A DNA stretch of 64,000 nt from Oopsacas minuta (lineage: Eukaryota; Animalia; Porifera), in assembly GCA_024704765.1 (NCBI GenBank), contig JAKMXF010000066.1, positions 248,001 through 312,000 of the forward strand, given 5' to 3'. Positions 12,421-25,428 of this stretch are shown here, piece by piece (within the stretch, counting starts at the first letter, position 1; every line of letters begins with the position of its first letter). The position numbers and the translations under genes are program-made. The notes beneath the pieces are model-generated. The model searched no databases. It saw nothing but the letters and a program-made list of their open reading frames with translations, and had not been told where the DNA came from.

Positions 12421-13288
12421 CAATAAACGTAAATAACGCAATAGCATTTATAAGAATACAAAAATTCTCTGTATTAATTAACCTATGAAGGGTGATGGAA
12501 TGCATTATGATTAAATAAATATGAGCATGTGACATCATATTAATGACAGTATAAGTTGAGTTGATAGGTTAGAAACATGGGGAACATGTGTAGAATAATA
12601 ACTGTTAGTGTTGGGGGAATCAATAATATGATGTGGAAGAATTTGTATTGAATTTAATCGTACATGCTATTCGAACCCTCGGCATGTTTTTTGCTTTAAA
12701 GATAGACTTAGGATAACATAAATATATTTTCACATGTGAAGTTATGTGTTGGTGTAAAAATTCAAAGAGTAAAATTTGAAATGTTTGAAACTTTCACAAT
12801 TCGTACGATTTATCTACAAAAGCATTCCTGCAGCCAAGATACGGATAAGGATGAAATCAACAACAACAAAACTAAAATCAGTGACGGTAATGTCTTCCCG
12901 ATTAAATATATAATGTAGTCATCTGGAAGGGAAGAACAAAAATAATCAGAGTGTAGATAAAAGAAAACATTTCTAAGGAATAAGGATTACAGAAATTGTG
13001 TAGAAGACCTTTGAAACTCAATACATAGGATAACATATGTACTAATTACATCTGGCAACAATGTTATTTAGGTTGGAATTTCAAAGAAATGGAAATGTAC
13101 ACAAAAATAACTATATAATGCTGTAATTTGAGGCCATATTTACACAATACCAAGTTGTGCATAGCATATTGTCACAACTACCATATTTGGGCATGGATAA
13201 GCTCCCCGGCCTGTGAGCAAACTGTGTATGAAAATTAATGTATAAAATATGAAACAGCAAACATAGCAAGAATACACACACAAATATT

Positions 13289-14296
13289 CTAAGCTAAGAC
13301 TTCGTAACTACTAGCCTGCTTCTTTCGGTTCCAAATACGTCCAGCAATATAACCAACTAGAATAACTCCAACTAATACAGCAAGACCTGTAGCTACACCC
13401 ACAGCTATCATGTTAATCACTTCCTCTTCCTCTTCCTCAGTATTACACACGTGTGTAGCTGAGAATGAAGGTGACGTCATATTAAATGCCTGTAGTATAT
13501 ACTCTCCCATAGAGAACTGTACAATTGAACTATGTGCTGTAGAGTTAGATAGAGTAAGTTCAAGTTCTTCTGAGCAATAGTACGAATATTTTACGTTAGT
13601 AAAAGTCTGTGCATTAGAAATTGATACTGTACTGGAATTAAGAATCGGGTCTATAAACATGGGATCGTAACTAGCATTTGAATAATGCAGTTTCAAGTCG
13701 GATAACCACCATGTGCCTTTATAGCTTGTCTTGCCAGAAGAAACAAAGTCTTTATCATTACGTTTGAAACAGAATGAGATCTCATAAGAATATGGTCTAT
13801 TCAGGGGCCATGTAAGTGAAATGCGAGATAAAGATTTTCCGAAGTTATTCTGCTTAGCACAATTCCCGTCTATACTCACAGACGTATTCTGAGGTACTCC
13901 TGTCAGGAATTCTCTCCTTCTACCGTTTGTATCATCATACTGAATATTAAGCACTATACGCTCACTGTGTTTAAGACATAGCTTTACACAGGGATTAGTG
14001 AGAGAGGGATAAGCGTAGCAGGTGCTCACTTGGTTGGGTGGGTTTGTTGGTGCTGGTGTAGTAGTTACAGCAGTACTAGTAGTTGTAGATGTAGTAGTAG
14101 AGGAGGAAAGAGGTGTAGTAGATGAACTGGGTATTACAGTTGGTGATATTGTAGGAGTAGAATACACAGATGATGTTACTGTAGCTCCTATGGAGTTATC
14201 AAGAGTAGAGCTGAATACAAATGTACTGCTCGTACTGATAACTTGAGGAGAGTATAGAATTTGCAGCAAGTAAAGTGCACAAAGAAAACGAAACAT
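13289..14296 (-). CDS. LAMP-family lysosomal membrane glycoprotein (CD68/LAMP-like: mucin stalk + one LAMP domain + TM)
   Basis: Signal peptide, Ser/Thr-rich stalk, Cys-bounded lumenal domain (YSYYCSEE, LQAF), TM segment, and a short tail GYIAGRIWNRKKQASSYEVLA with a Yxx-hydrophobic sorting motif. Confidence 0.8.
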   Translation of the reverse strand: MFRFLCALYLLQILYSPQVISTSSTFVFSSTLDNSIGATVTSSVYSTPTISPTVIPSSSTTPLSSSTTTSTTTSTAVTTTPAPTNPPNQVSTCYAYPSLTNPCVKLCLKHSERIVLNIQYDDTNGRRREFLTGVPQNTSVSIDGNCAKQNNFGKSLSRISLTWPLNRPYSYEISFCFKRNDKDFVSSGKTSYKGTWWLSDLKLHYSNASYDPMFIDPILNSSTVSISNAQTFTNVKYSYYCSEELELTLSNSTAHSSIVQFSMGEYILQAFNMTSPSFSATHVCNTEEEEEEVINMIAVGVATGLAVLVGVILVGYIAGRIWNRKKQASSYEVLA

Positions 14297-15236
14297 TTCA
14301 AATTAGAATACACAACAGTAGAAATCACCGCTTTTATTACCAAATCTTTATTGAACGAAAGCCTACACTTGACAGGAAATAATGCAAATTGTCCATACAG
14401 AGAAGCCAGTAGATAAGCCATTCAAAAGAACAGTGAGGATTCAAGAACCACAAATCAATATCATACAATAAATATAGACATACTAACAATACCTTTGTTT
14501 CGCGGGAGTAGGAATATCTTTCTTATAGAGATATTTTCCCTTGGATTAATGTCAGACATACTGTTAGGGATATGTTTGGACGCTTGGCTTCCTCTTCATG
14601 GTTGGTTGGTGTATTTGATGCGATATTGGCATGTGTAGAATGATTTTTATCGACTAGTTAATAAAAATGTGTTTACTGTGGTATTTGTACATTTAATTAC
14701 TAGTATTCGGATTGAGGTGATAATTTTCCCTTGGATCAGTTTCGGACATGTCATTAAGCAGTAATTCGAAAATTATCGAAATAAGCTAGGAATACAACCC
14801 ATTAATATTTCACAATGCATTAATTCCAACTTGATGCGGAACATATTTACTATATTAATTATTCGCATAAATCATTATCAGTTGCTGAAATATGCTGAAT
14901 AATGAAAATACGTATATGGAACTTACAAGCATAAGGACTCTGTTCTTCGTTCCTCTTTAGAGCACCTATAGATAGGGATACAGTCAATAAATAACAAATT
15001 ATATAATTGTACGGAAAATTAAATATAAATTTAAAATTATCGGTTTACTCTAAATACTGCTCGTAGCACTCAATGATACATTTAGACTTTAGAGACTGGT
15101 CAAAGGGGAGGAGAGATGCCTTATTGACCAAATCCCCATTAAGTATATATGCTTTACCTCTTTAGACAATATTAATAGATGGACCACTTACACCAAAATG
15201 ATAAATTATGTGAGCAAGTAAATTGGTTTCATAAAT

Positions 15237-18200
15237 TCAGTGAATTATTGTAAATAGCTCACCAATGACAACGATCTTTTTAGTAGCAGTTTTAGGTCTA
15301 TCCGGTTTCTTCTTAGCAGTCTCCTTTTTATCCCTCAGCTCCTGTAACATACAATCAATCTCTTCATCACTGTCTGTGTATTGTGTATCACCCTGTCCTA
15401 CTACATAACCTCTCTTAGCAGGGAAGTTATCCACTCTCTTTCCGCCTGATTTATTCCTGTTACGAGATTGGTTTGGACGCTGTTTCTGTTTAGAAGATTG
15501 AGCTTCAAATTTAGTTTTTGTAGCCTGGAATAATTCAGAAGTGCTCTGGGAACTAAATGTGTAGCTAGACATTAGCTCTGTTATAGTAGTGTTCTCAGTT
15601 AATGTATTGCTCTCTGCTAGGAAACTCTCCCAGTAATTACTGCTATTTACCGTCTGAGAGAAATGATTATTAATAAACACAAATAAGAATACTAATCTAA
15701 TATCACAGAGTTAAATTGAGCCAAATACAGTGAATTGAACTCTCCATAAATGGAGCCTGCGGAAACGAAGTGAATATACACAGAGCGAATTCCTAGTCTC
15801 ATACAAATATACCTCCACAAACGTGGACATGTGGTAGCCTCCCTAGCACCCAGTCCGTGTATGGAGGTTACACTGTAATAATGCAATATGTTAAGTACTA
15901 ATTAGAACAATGACGTGAGAGCGTATATAAATATATACCTGTTTATCTGTAAATGAATCAGTCTGTATAATATCTGTATTAATAACAGGAAAAGTAATAT
16001 CCATCTTATCATCTATATCCTTATCATTCTCCTGTACTACCTCTGATGACGTAATCGTCTCTGTGTGTGGAGGAGACTCTATATTAGTTTGAGAGAGAAA
16101 ATTAGCAAATGGTAGAGAACTCTCCTCATTAGAAAAATCAGTAGTCAGATAAGATCTGTATTCAGTGCCTGAGCGTGTCATCCTGACATTGATATTGACA
16201 GATGTGTCTAGCTGACGAGATGATGGCAGGGGGGAATGAGGTCTATTGATAGGACGTCTCTTTAGAGAAGAACTCGAAGGTGTTTTGAAGGAGGAGGCGG
16301 ATGAAGAGAGAGGAGAGGGAAGAGGAGATACGTACACATCTCCATCAGAATCTGATGGAATTGACTGAGTAGTCTCCTGTGTAATATCATCTACATCACT
16401 ATCTACATCATCTGTAAGATCTACAACCTCCTGGCTTACACATATCTGCTCAAATTCATCTTCACACCTATCAGCTACAAACTCCTTCTTTATCTGTATT
16501 ATATCAGCTGTTGATTGCGCAGGCGTGATGTCATAGAATCCTAACGAGTCTAGGCTATACACAGGTTTAGGTATATTTCTTGTGGCTGATATAGAGAATA
16601 GAGTACGCATTCTCTCAGCCTTCAAACACACAGAATAATCAGTTACTATACTCAATAGAGTAGGTGGTATGCGTGTAGATGTTTGAGGGATTATTTCTAT
16701 GTTCTCGGTTGTAACTGTTTCTTCTACCAAACCGATTTCTTGAGGATTATAGGTGGGTGTGAATGGGATTGTCTCCTCCTTGTCAGAGCAGTTCTCATCT
16801 GATTCACTTATGTATACCTTACTCTTAATTCTCCTCCTTCGTCTGCCACGCCCCACTACACGTTTAGTAGGCCCCTTACCCATCTCTACGTCACTCTCTC
16901 CCTCTGATTCTCCAACACCAATACCTGTATCAATAACAACAACAACCTCGCTACAACTAGCTTGTTTATCATCAGTGTTTATGGAAGTATTCCTACATAT
17001 CTCTTCTGTAGATTGCTCGTCTGATAGAGCAATTATATTGGATACTTTCTTAGTTTTCATTTGTGAGAATTCTGTTATAGCATCAGTAGGTCTGGTCAGT
17101 TTTTGTGAGGTGACTGAAGTCTCCTTGAAGTACTCTGATAATATCTTAGAGGATGAAGGGGGTTTAGTCAACTGTCTACTTCCTCTACGGGGTAGTCTAG
17201 GGAGTTCTACAACCCTCCTCTCAGAGGGATTAGTGTTTACAGGCTTGCTCTGTCTATCTCTTTCTATGCTGTGCATGCATTGAGTCTTTGATTTACGCAT
17301 TTTAGACTTTCTCTTACGTTTAACTGATCTAGTTTTACTTGGAGACATAGTAGGTAGATTGGAATTCTTCCTAGCAGATGATGATTTAGAAGAACCCTGT
17401 GCATTATCTGTACGAATAGCTGTATGTTGGTTCTTAACTCTAGCAGGTTGTTTAGTGGACATGTGATGTAACATTGATTGGGGAGGTGTAGTGGGTATAG
17501 GGGGTCTAGTCGGGGGCATGAGGAACACAGAAGGTATGATAGGACTAATGGCATCAGGGGTTGAAGAGAGACGAGGGCTACGTCTAGGGGTAGCTACAGG
17601 GGTGTAGGGAGGAGACAGATGTTTGACAGGAGCTATTTCAGCTAGTTTAGCTTTGGAGCGAGTAGTAGGAGGTTGTGAATCCTCACTTGGTCCTGGGGAC
17701 AATTCTATTTCTCTAGATTCAGTTATTACATCCAGTGTAGTGGTGCTTATAACAGAATCTGATACAGTTGTAGTACATTGAGATAAAACTACGGGTAGTG
17801 TTTCCATTGGTAGAGATTCAGTACAATGATTGAGATCGTTTAATACAGGGGCATTACTTCCATTAAGTTGACAAGTAAGATCTTGATTTTGTCCTACAGA
17901 TATATCAGATTGACTTGATATATCTTGTGTAGCAGTATAAAAGGAAGTTTCTAGTTGTGTGTTACTGGTAGGAAACAGCTGTCGGACACGAGTAGGTGAG
18001 ATAATATCAGAGAGAGTATTCTCTGATGTAGTTCTAGATCTAGAGTGCTGATGTGTTACCTTAGGAGGGTCAGGAGTATTCTCCTGGAGAGATGGTATTG
18101 ATATTTTAAGCTGTTTAGCTATGCTACGTGTTACACGACTAGAACAGCTGGGGGTGCTGTTAGAGTGACCAGGTGAGGGGGACAGGGGAGATAGACTGCG

Positions 18201-21200
18201 TTCTGAATGGGATTTAGACTTGAGTAGCTTCTTCCTGAGGCTAGGACTGAGAGGAGGAGTATGTGACGGAGATGATCCAGGAGATGATTCATTAGAAGAA
18301 CTTGAGGCAGATTGAGAGGATGAGCTCAGTTGTAGATCATCATTAAGAGGATTGAATCTGGTAGGAGATAGAGATAGGTTAGGAGAGTGGAGAGGAGATA
18401 GGTTAGGTAGGGGTGAAGCACCTACAAGAAGTTCTCAGTAAGATCAAAGAATAAAATATAGAATATACATATAGGAAAGGATTTTTCTAACCCACAACCT
18501 AGGTTGCTACATACGAATTCCCCCAGCAACCACCTTGATTTACGTTACTAAATAGATTGTAGGTTAGAACTCCTCAATAGGAAAACCATATTAGTATAGT
18601 TTACCTATAGGCAAGCTAGAGTCTAGTGTGTCTTCAGGTGTATGGGATCTAAGCGGAGACATAGCAGGTAGTGTCCATTGAATAGCATCTTCTAAGCTCT
18701 GAAATATGTTAATTGATTGTACGGATGATATCTGACTGACATCTGTCATATCAGAATCACTAGATGACTGAGAAGAATCATCACTGGGTTGTGGCACCAG
18801 GTTAGAGGGTGTCCTGCCTTCTGGATAAGGGGAGAGATGGGGAGAGGATGAGGGAGGGTTTACTCTCCTACGTTTGTGACGAGGTGTTGCATTAGTGCTG
18901 GAGTCTAAGTCACTCAATACTCCTGATTGGACTAATTGGAGACTAGAGAGAGATAATGTACTAATCCAGTATATTTACATTTAGGATATTAAATAAATAA
19001 ATATGTAACACAACAAAATAATAATATTACTGATATTTCTATTACCGCTGTTTGAGTTTGAGTTTGTATTGAGATTTCCACTAAATGATAATATTATAAT
19101 AAATCACAATCATATAGGAATATAATACAGTCACTAATAGAATGAAACTTTCGTTTTACTGAAGCTCAAACCGCGATAATTACTTCAATATAAGCGGGTT
19201 CGATTAGCCAATTAAATATATGTTTCTTTGACGGTTTGGGACCATATTCGTACAATTTCAGACTTCGATATAACGAGAGTTGGCTATATTCTCAACATTT
19301 TCATTGAATTAAGAAGAATCAAATATGAATTCCAACCTCTTTCTCAGCCTTCTTAGATTCCTTCCTAACAGCTACTAATTCTGTCTTCAAATTTTGTAAT
19401 TTCTCTTCAGCATTACTCTGCTTCTGAGTAGCATCTTTCAAGAGTTTGGCTAGTTTACGTTTGTCTAAAGTTAGTCAAATCTATATTATTAAATCTCAAT
19501 TGTTGTCTGTCTGTTTGTTTGTTTTGTTTGTTTGTCCGTTGTCAAGGAAAGGAATTATGGTATGCACTTTTGAATTTCAGCATAACAATGTATTTATCGT
19601 GTTTATCAAGGAAGTAAATAGAATTCAATCAACTTCACTAAATATGTCGAACATGCTGAATCCGATTTTCACACTTTTGGATTAATCATATGTAAATTTA
19701 TTGTTGTTTTTATGAATATAAAGTAAACAAATTTCAAAATTGAAGTAGAATCATACTTTCAACGACCTTCCTGGGATATTGGAGTATACTGAGGCTGAAT
19801 ATGGTATTGTAAACAATAGATTGTGAATGTTTGTTTACTTTTAGGTACATAAAGTAAACAAATTTCAATATTGTTTAGAATCATGCTTTCAACAACTATC
19901 CTGGGGTAATCGAGTATGCTTAGTCTGAATATTGTAAACAACATCAATATTATTAAATCTCAATTGTTGTTTGTCCGTTGAATACCTCGGGGCGCAATGC
20001 GCCGAGTTCATCGCGAAGCGACGAGCCAAAGGCTCGTGTGATATTAAAATATAAATTCATACTCAGTGATTCATCATATTCGTATTCTACCTTGATTAAT
20101 TTCCTTTGATTTGTTAAGTTTCTGCTGCAACCTTTCATTTCTAAGATAAACCAAAATAATAAATCTTTCCAAAATAACAAGCTCAGAACTAAACCTACTT
20201 TTTCTTCTCATCACGATAAGCCACCTTATAGACATCAAGTACTGAGTACATACTAATTTTCTCTTTCTCAGCTTCCGAGAACTTAGCATTTAGTTGGAAT
20301 ATTGTAGTCTGTATGGGATTTGAATAAAACTCACATGAATATATTACGATAATTCAGAAACTGACCTCTTTAGAATCTAACTCAGTTTTGAGGTCTACTA
20401 CTGTTTCATCGATTTCACGCTTGCTCTCTTTAAGTTGTTCATTCTCCTACACAGAATATATGGATATTAATTATAGAGAGGGATATAAAACATACTTACT
20501 AACACCTTATAATAATTTCCCGAGATTTCCAAGTTACATTCATAAATAGAAATTTCAGGCTATTATTTGGGAAAAAGGAACTAATTTCCAAATATTCCTG
20601 GCTCTAGATCTTCAAATATTTTCCTGGATTTCTTGTAAAATCCTGGGATAATCCTGGGATCCGAGAGGGTTGGCAAGTATGATATTAGCCAATAAGATTG
20701 CAAAGAAATTCAGAAATTTCAAGGAAAATAATTAAACCATGGATACTCCACCATAAAGTATGTTGTTTAAATGTCTGATAACGAATTTTGCTGATATTGT
20801 GTACAAGTTGGTGGGATACTTGCTTAATGCATTTCTATACAAATGAGTGGAAGCAGTCACTTATAATCAAACTTTTGTGATCCTAGCCATAAAGCACAAT
20901 GGCAGTATATTACCTGTTGACAAGGCCAGAGATGATCCACTTGAGCCTTCAAAGCTCTACAATCATTCTCTACTATAGACTTCTGTTGAAGAAGAGTACG
21001 GATAAGATTGCTAAGAAAATAACGCAGAAATAAATATACGTATTATAAAATATTGAGGGATTCTATATTGCTAACTCAAAGTTAATAATCTTCTGTTTGA
21101 AGAATAGGAACTGATCTATACGTTTGTTCTCTTGAGACTTAACTTCCTATAAAAGAAATAAGTATATTAGAGATAATAAGGGAAGGGAAATAGATGAACA

Positions 21201-21333
21201 GTTTAGATAAACAAATATATATATATCACTAGTATATATATATATATATATCACTAGTATATACCTTGGTTAAACTGATACATTTGGTGCATCGAGAAAC
21301 TTCTCCATTCTGCTTTGCATCTTTATTAGACAT
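15237..21333 (-). CDS. ICE1: Multi-exon N-terminal/middle part of an ICE1-like gene (coiled coil + long S/P/T-rich region)
   Basis: In-phase splicing from ATG 21333 gives MSNKDAKQNGEVSRCTKCISLTK|EVKSQ...FKQKIINFD|NLIR..., matching the ICE1 N-terminal signature (human SRCQGCASL..KQKIINTDNLL). Coiled-coil exons follow (20449, 20290, 20150, 19470), then ORFs 18591-18917, 15891-17807 and 15237-15680. Further small exons probably extend to about 14490. Confidence 0.7.
15728..15875. mobile_element. MITE family B (TA-flanked, TIR about CAGTGTAACCTCCA); explains spurious ORF 15692-15886
   Basis: TA|CAGTGAATTGAACTCTCCATAAA ... TATGGAGGTTACACTG|TA. Internal AGTCTCATACAAAT..CCTCCACAAACG shared with copies at about 35260-35367, 40030-40174 and 56514-56600. 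Confidence 0.7.
19150..19286. mobile_element. MITE family A copy (degenerate, intronic)
   Basis: GAAGCTCAAACCGCGATAATT...TTTGGGACCATATTCGTACAATTTCAGACTTCGATATAACGAGAGTTGGCTA. Confidence 0.7.
19690..20040. repeat. Dispersed non-autonomous repeat with a roughly 130-bp internal tandem unit and a GC-rich triple mini-hairpin end
   Basis: Two tandem units AAGTAAACAAATTTCAA..AGAATCAT.CTTTCAAC.AC..TCCTGGG..ATCGAGTAT.CT.AG.CTGAATAT, with homologous inverted copies at about 37260-37460 and a related end at about 25490-25790. Hairpins at 19991-20037. Confidence 0.65.
20491..20681. mobile_element. MITE family C (TIR about CATACTTGCCAACC)
   Basis: CATACTTACTAACACC ... GAGGGTTGGCAAGTATG. Full homolog at 47566-47726 and a partial copy ending at about 21527. 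Confidence 0.7.
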
Positions 21334-21664
21334 ATAATAATGCTAATTATGTAAGAAGTAGAAATCATAAAATAGACTACACATAACAAAATGATATATA
21401 TGATATATTTACGTGTAATAGGGAAAATATCCAGAAAAATAGCAAAAATAGAAAAATTTCCCAAGGATTTTCAAATATGAAAGTGAAATCTGACATAATC
21501 TAGAGATCCTGGAGGGTTGGCAAGTATATGTCATATCTTAAATTACGTGTTAACCGTGTTCCTATTAACGAATATATTACACCAATAAAACAGAAACTCG
21601 ATTATAGACAAAATACCGGAATCATAAAAATGAACTGGAGCATGCGTGCATGTGTGTTACAGTT

Positions 21665-24600
21665 TTAGGACCAATAATATCTAACAGTAACCAACTCATC
21701 ACAGTCTTCTAATGCAATTAATAAATCTACATAATTCTCTGTGTCAGTCATCAGGATATAATTAGACATTACTTGATTGAGACGTAATGCATAATTTGGT
21801 ATCAGATCCATATAAATCAGCTTAACCTTTTGACAAATCATTTCAGGAATAATTTCGTATTTAGCAGTGACGTCATCAATGAACTGTTTGAGAGTCATTT
21901 CCTTGTTTCCTCGTATTTCCCATCTATCCCATGCAGTCATAAATACACCGGGTTTGATTTGAGACCGTACGACTGGACCTGGTACGTAGAATTGGAGTAT
22001 GGGTACTGCTAGTGACATAGAACAGTTCCTGAATTCTTCTAATTTACACTTTTTTACAAGTTTTAAAAGTTCAATTGTGACTAGACCAGACACAGCAGCT
22101 GAACTAGTCACAATAGCTGGTACAATATTTCCTGCTAATCTTTTAATAATCAAACGATCAGCAAATGGAATTGAATATGTTTCACTGTATAAATTACTCG
22201 CAGCTATAATGAAATCCATATGTATGACGTCATCTGTATTAAATGAATTTGGCTGCATTGTGAGCTGATGATTGTGTATTGGCGGTGATATCTTTATGTT
22301 AGTAGCACGAGCAAGATATTGCATTGTTCTGTCATTTGATTTTGATCCATCAATATGTTTCTTGTTGATATCAGGAATCTGAGTGCCCTCCAAGAATATC
22401 TTAATGGAGTCTAATTCGCATTCTTCTCTCGTTACTTGGATACCAGATCGGAATGCTAGAAGTTTAGCACAAGAAATTATGAATTGAATATGATTTGAAA
22501 TCTTAATATTGAAATTAATTGGATTATGATTCATATAAATTGGTCTATGTTTGAAATATTTCTCGAATTTTATCCTAGCAACCTGTACACAATCTTGGAA
22601 TGTAGAAACTCCATTAACTAGCATTCTAACAGCTGATTCACAAATTTCAGGGAATTCTCTTTGGGATATTCTATTCAACAACTCTATAGGATGTTTGTTA
22701 TCACACCAGAATTGAGAATACATTTGTGGTTTTAACTGAAACATAGAATCAAATCTATCACGTGCCAATTTTACACAGTGAAGGGTCTTACGAGGTATTG
22801 AAGAGTAGATAGGACATCTCTCATATGGAGTTATATAGGTTTCTGTTTCAAATGGGATTATTACTTGTACGTGACCTTTTGTTCCCATAAAACCTAGATA
22901 GAGGAAATATAGAATAGCAGAGATCATTTAAAGTAGGGTTTCTCATGATCTCAACCTGTGGTCATTTGGCCAAACGTGAGAAAACAGGTCAACTTGCGAG
23001 CAGTGGAGATCCTAGGGGCGGGACAAACGGGTCAATTTCCCCGATATGCAAAATAATGGGACCGCCCCTGTTTGAGTGTGGTCATGATTGAAATATACAT
23101 CCAAAGTGTGGTAATAGCCAAGTACCAACCCATAAAAAAAGAGAGCAGAAGGAGCGTAGAACACAAGTTATATAGTGTATCCTAACATACCTGATTCAAG
23201 AAGTGGTCTGTTATTAGTTATACATCTCCCATCTATATACAATCTAGTACTTGTATTATCTACTGCATTAATAACGAAGTCTTGATTCTGATAGAACTCG
23301 TCTGTATAGTGGGTATGTTCTGTATCAGAGCATACATAATTATTATGAGCTTCTATTCTCAGATTAGGATTAATATCAACAGCTGATTCACGGGCTGATA
23401 TTGATTTTGATTGTTTAATGTGTTTTTCTCTGAACAAGAACTGATTGTTTAGATTTGTTCTTTCAACTGAATCATTATCAGTAACAATAAATTGTCCTCT
23501 TGTTGACATTCCGATAAGTGCGATATTCTTCATAATCTCACAGCCAATTGCACCACATCCTACCATAAACGAGTTCACACTCTTCAACCTCTGTAACATA
23601 GTTTCGCCTATAATAAATAAATAAAAATTACATCTTGATGTACACACCAATATTGTTGATTATTCGCAATTTACCAATACACAATCTAAGAAGATCATAT
23701 CTATCTTCACGCCTGATAAATTCCTCTGGTGTAATTCCGCCTCTAGGGATAACTTCTCTTACATCCAAGTGTAACCATTGTTCAATAGGTCTGAATGTAT
23801 TCGTTAGGGCAATGAGAGCCTGTTGTGCTACTATGCCACCTAAAGTAGCACATAATGGTTGTAGACATCCTGTACAAGTGTTAGTCATATCTCTTATGAC
23901 GTCATAATCTGGTTTGTCTACTAATTTCCCATCAAACCTGCACAGAATATCTTCTGATAATTGAACACTCAACTAAAGATTAGATTATTCATTTTATATA
24001 TCAGAAGTCTGTATTTACTAATACTGACCTCAAAATCGAATGTATTGTGAGGTAGAGGCATTCTATGTTCCCTAGCAACGAATTGTAGCATAGTTATGTA
24101 GGCAAGGTGGGTATGTTTATGGGCTATAGGCTTGCCCATGTCAGACAGCATAAGTTTAGGGTTGTACAGTTGAGTAGAAAGTGACTCGAAGCTAAGTTTG
24201 ATTGATTTTCCTTTGATACCATGACCAACACCACCTAAATAATTATATATATATAATAGTACGCATTCATCAGAGTAAATAGCTGAGTTCACCAATTAGA
24301 AATTCATATCAATTTCCTGGCAAATTCGCCATTAGCGCAGTATTTACTATACCGAATTGCAAATGCGAAAACTTGCTGGAGGCGGATTGCTAATTGGCGA
24401 ACACTAATATTATAAATTGAACTTAATACAGTCGACCACTTCGCACAGAAAATTGTAGGGGCATGCAGGGGTTGTCCGAGGATCTGGCAGACCCTGGACA
24501 AGACCCGGGTACAACAATCTTAACCTGTGGCAAATGTCCCGTTTTCCCTTCCCTAGGACCGCAACTATAGTAATGGCCCTACCACCTATTCCGGCTATTC

Positions 24601-25428
24601 GCATCTATAGACTGCCCATATATAATCTAGACGTCAATTTGATTATGTAGAAGAGATAAAATGTTAACCTTTCGTGTAAGGAGTGAAGGCAGTTGTATCA
24701 CTTATCCTAAATGAATTATATGAAATTAATTCTACTTTATATGCTCCACTATTCAATTCCACCATTCCCTCTACATTAGTAAACCTCACACGATCACCAG
24801 TTTGTAATCCATGTACCTCATGCTGCATAAGTGTAACTAGTCCTCTCTCATTTTGTGATACATACTCTATCATGAATTCCTCTTTCTCTTCATCATTCTT
24901 ATCAACAACTTCAAAAATATCACCAAAGTCATTAAAAACTGAAGCAAACACACCAAAAGTGTTAGCAGAAATAAATCGTACTGGAGGGGCTGCTCTGCGA
25001 CAAAAGTGATTAGCAGATTCCAACAATTCGAAGGATCGACAGTTGACAAAAATGACACATGTAAACCCTTCTAGAATAGATAACTCGTCTTTAATAACAG
25101 GAGATTGAACTCTGACCTTTACATACAGATTCAACTCAGCCAAACGTGGACATGTAATATCAGCTCGATATTTTCCGATATCACTCTCCCTCAAGAAAAA
25201 CTGAGTTCCAATGTCGGAAATGGTAACCAAGGTATCGTCACATAAAACTAATTCCTCAACGCCCGTGAGTACAATATTCTTAGCTATTTCAGCACCTAGA
25301 CCATCCAGACCATACAACAGTACTCTGGAATGAGCCAGTTTATTCATAGCATCATCTCCAAGGACATAACGTTGTCTATTGTAAAGGGAATCGTCAATTT
25401 GGATGTGTTTAGGGCAGATTGTAGCCAT
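21665..25428 (-). CDS. UBA6: Divergent UBA6-like ubiquitin-like activating enzyme E1 (5 exons)
   Basis: DDSLYNRQRYVLGD, EEFIRREDRYDLLRLCIG, VGCGAIGCEIMKN, GTKGHVQVIIP, and a C-terminal UFD region (WDRWEIRG). Exons at about 25428-24668, 24231-24029, 23972-23670, 23606-23192 and 22895-21665, joined by GT-AG introns. The best match recalled is UBA6; orthology versus paralogy is not established. Confidence 0.8.

Noticed and set aside
15692-15886. ORF that looked like an ICE1 exon
   Set aside because: It coincides with a TA-flanked MITE (15728-15875) found in other copies in the window.
22775-22785. Additional CACAGTG heptamer in the UBA6-like gene
   Set aside because: It lacks the GTTT extension and the AAAGAATAG 9-mer and lies in coding sequence. 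A chance occurrence.
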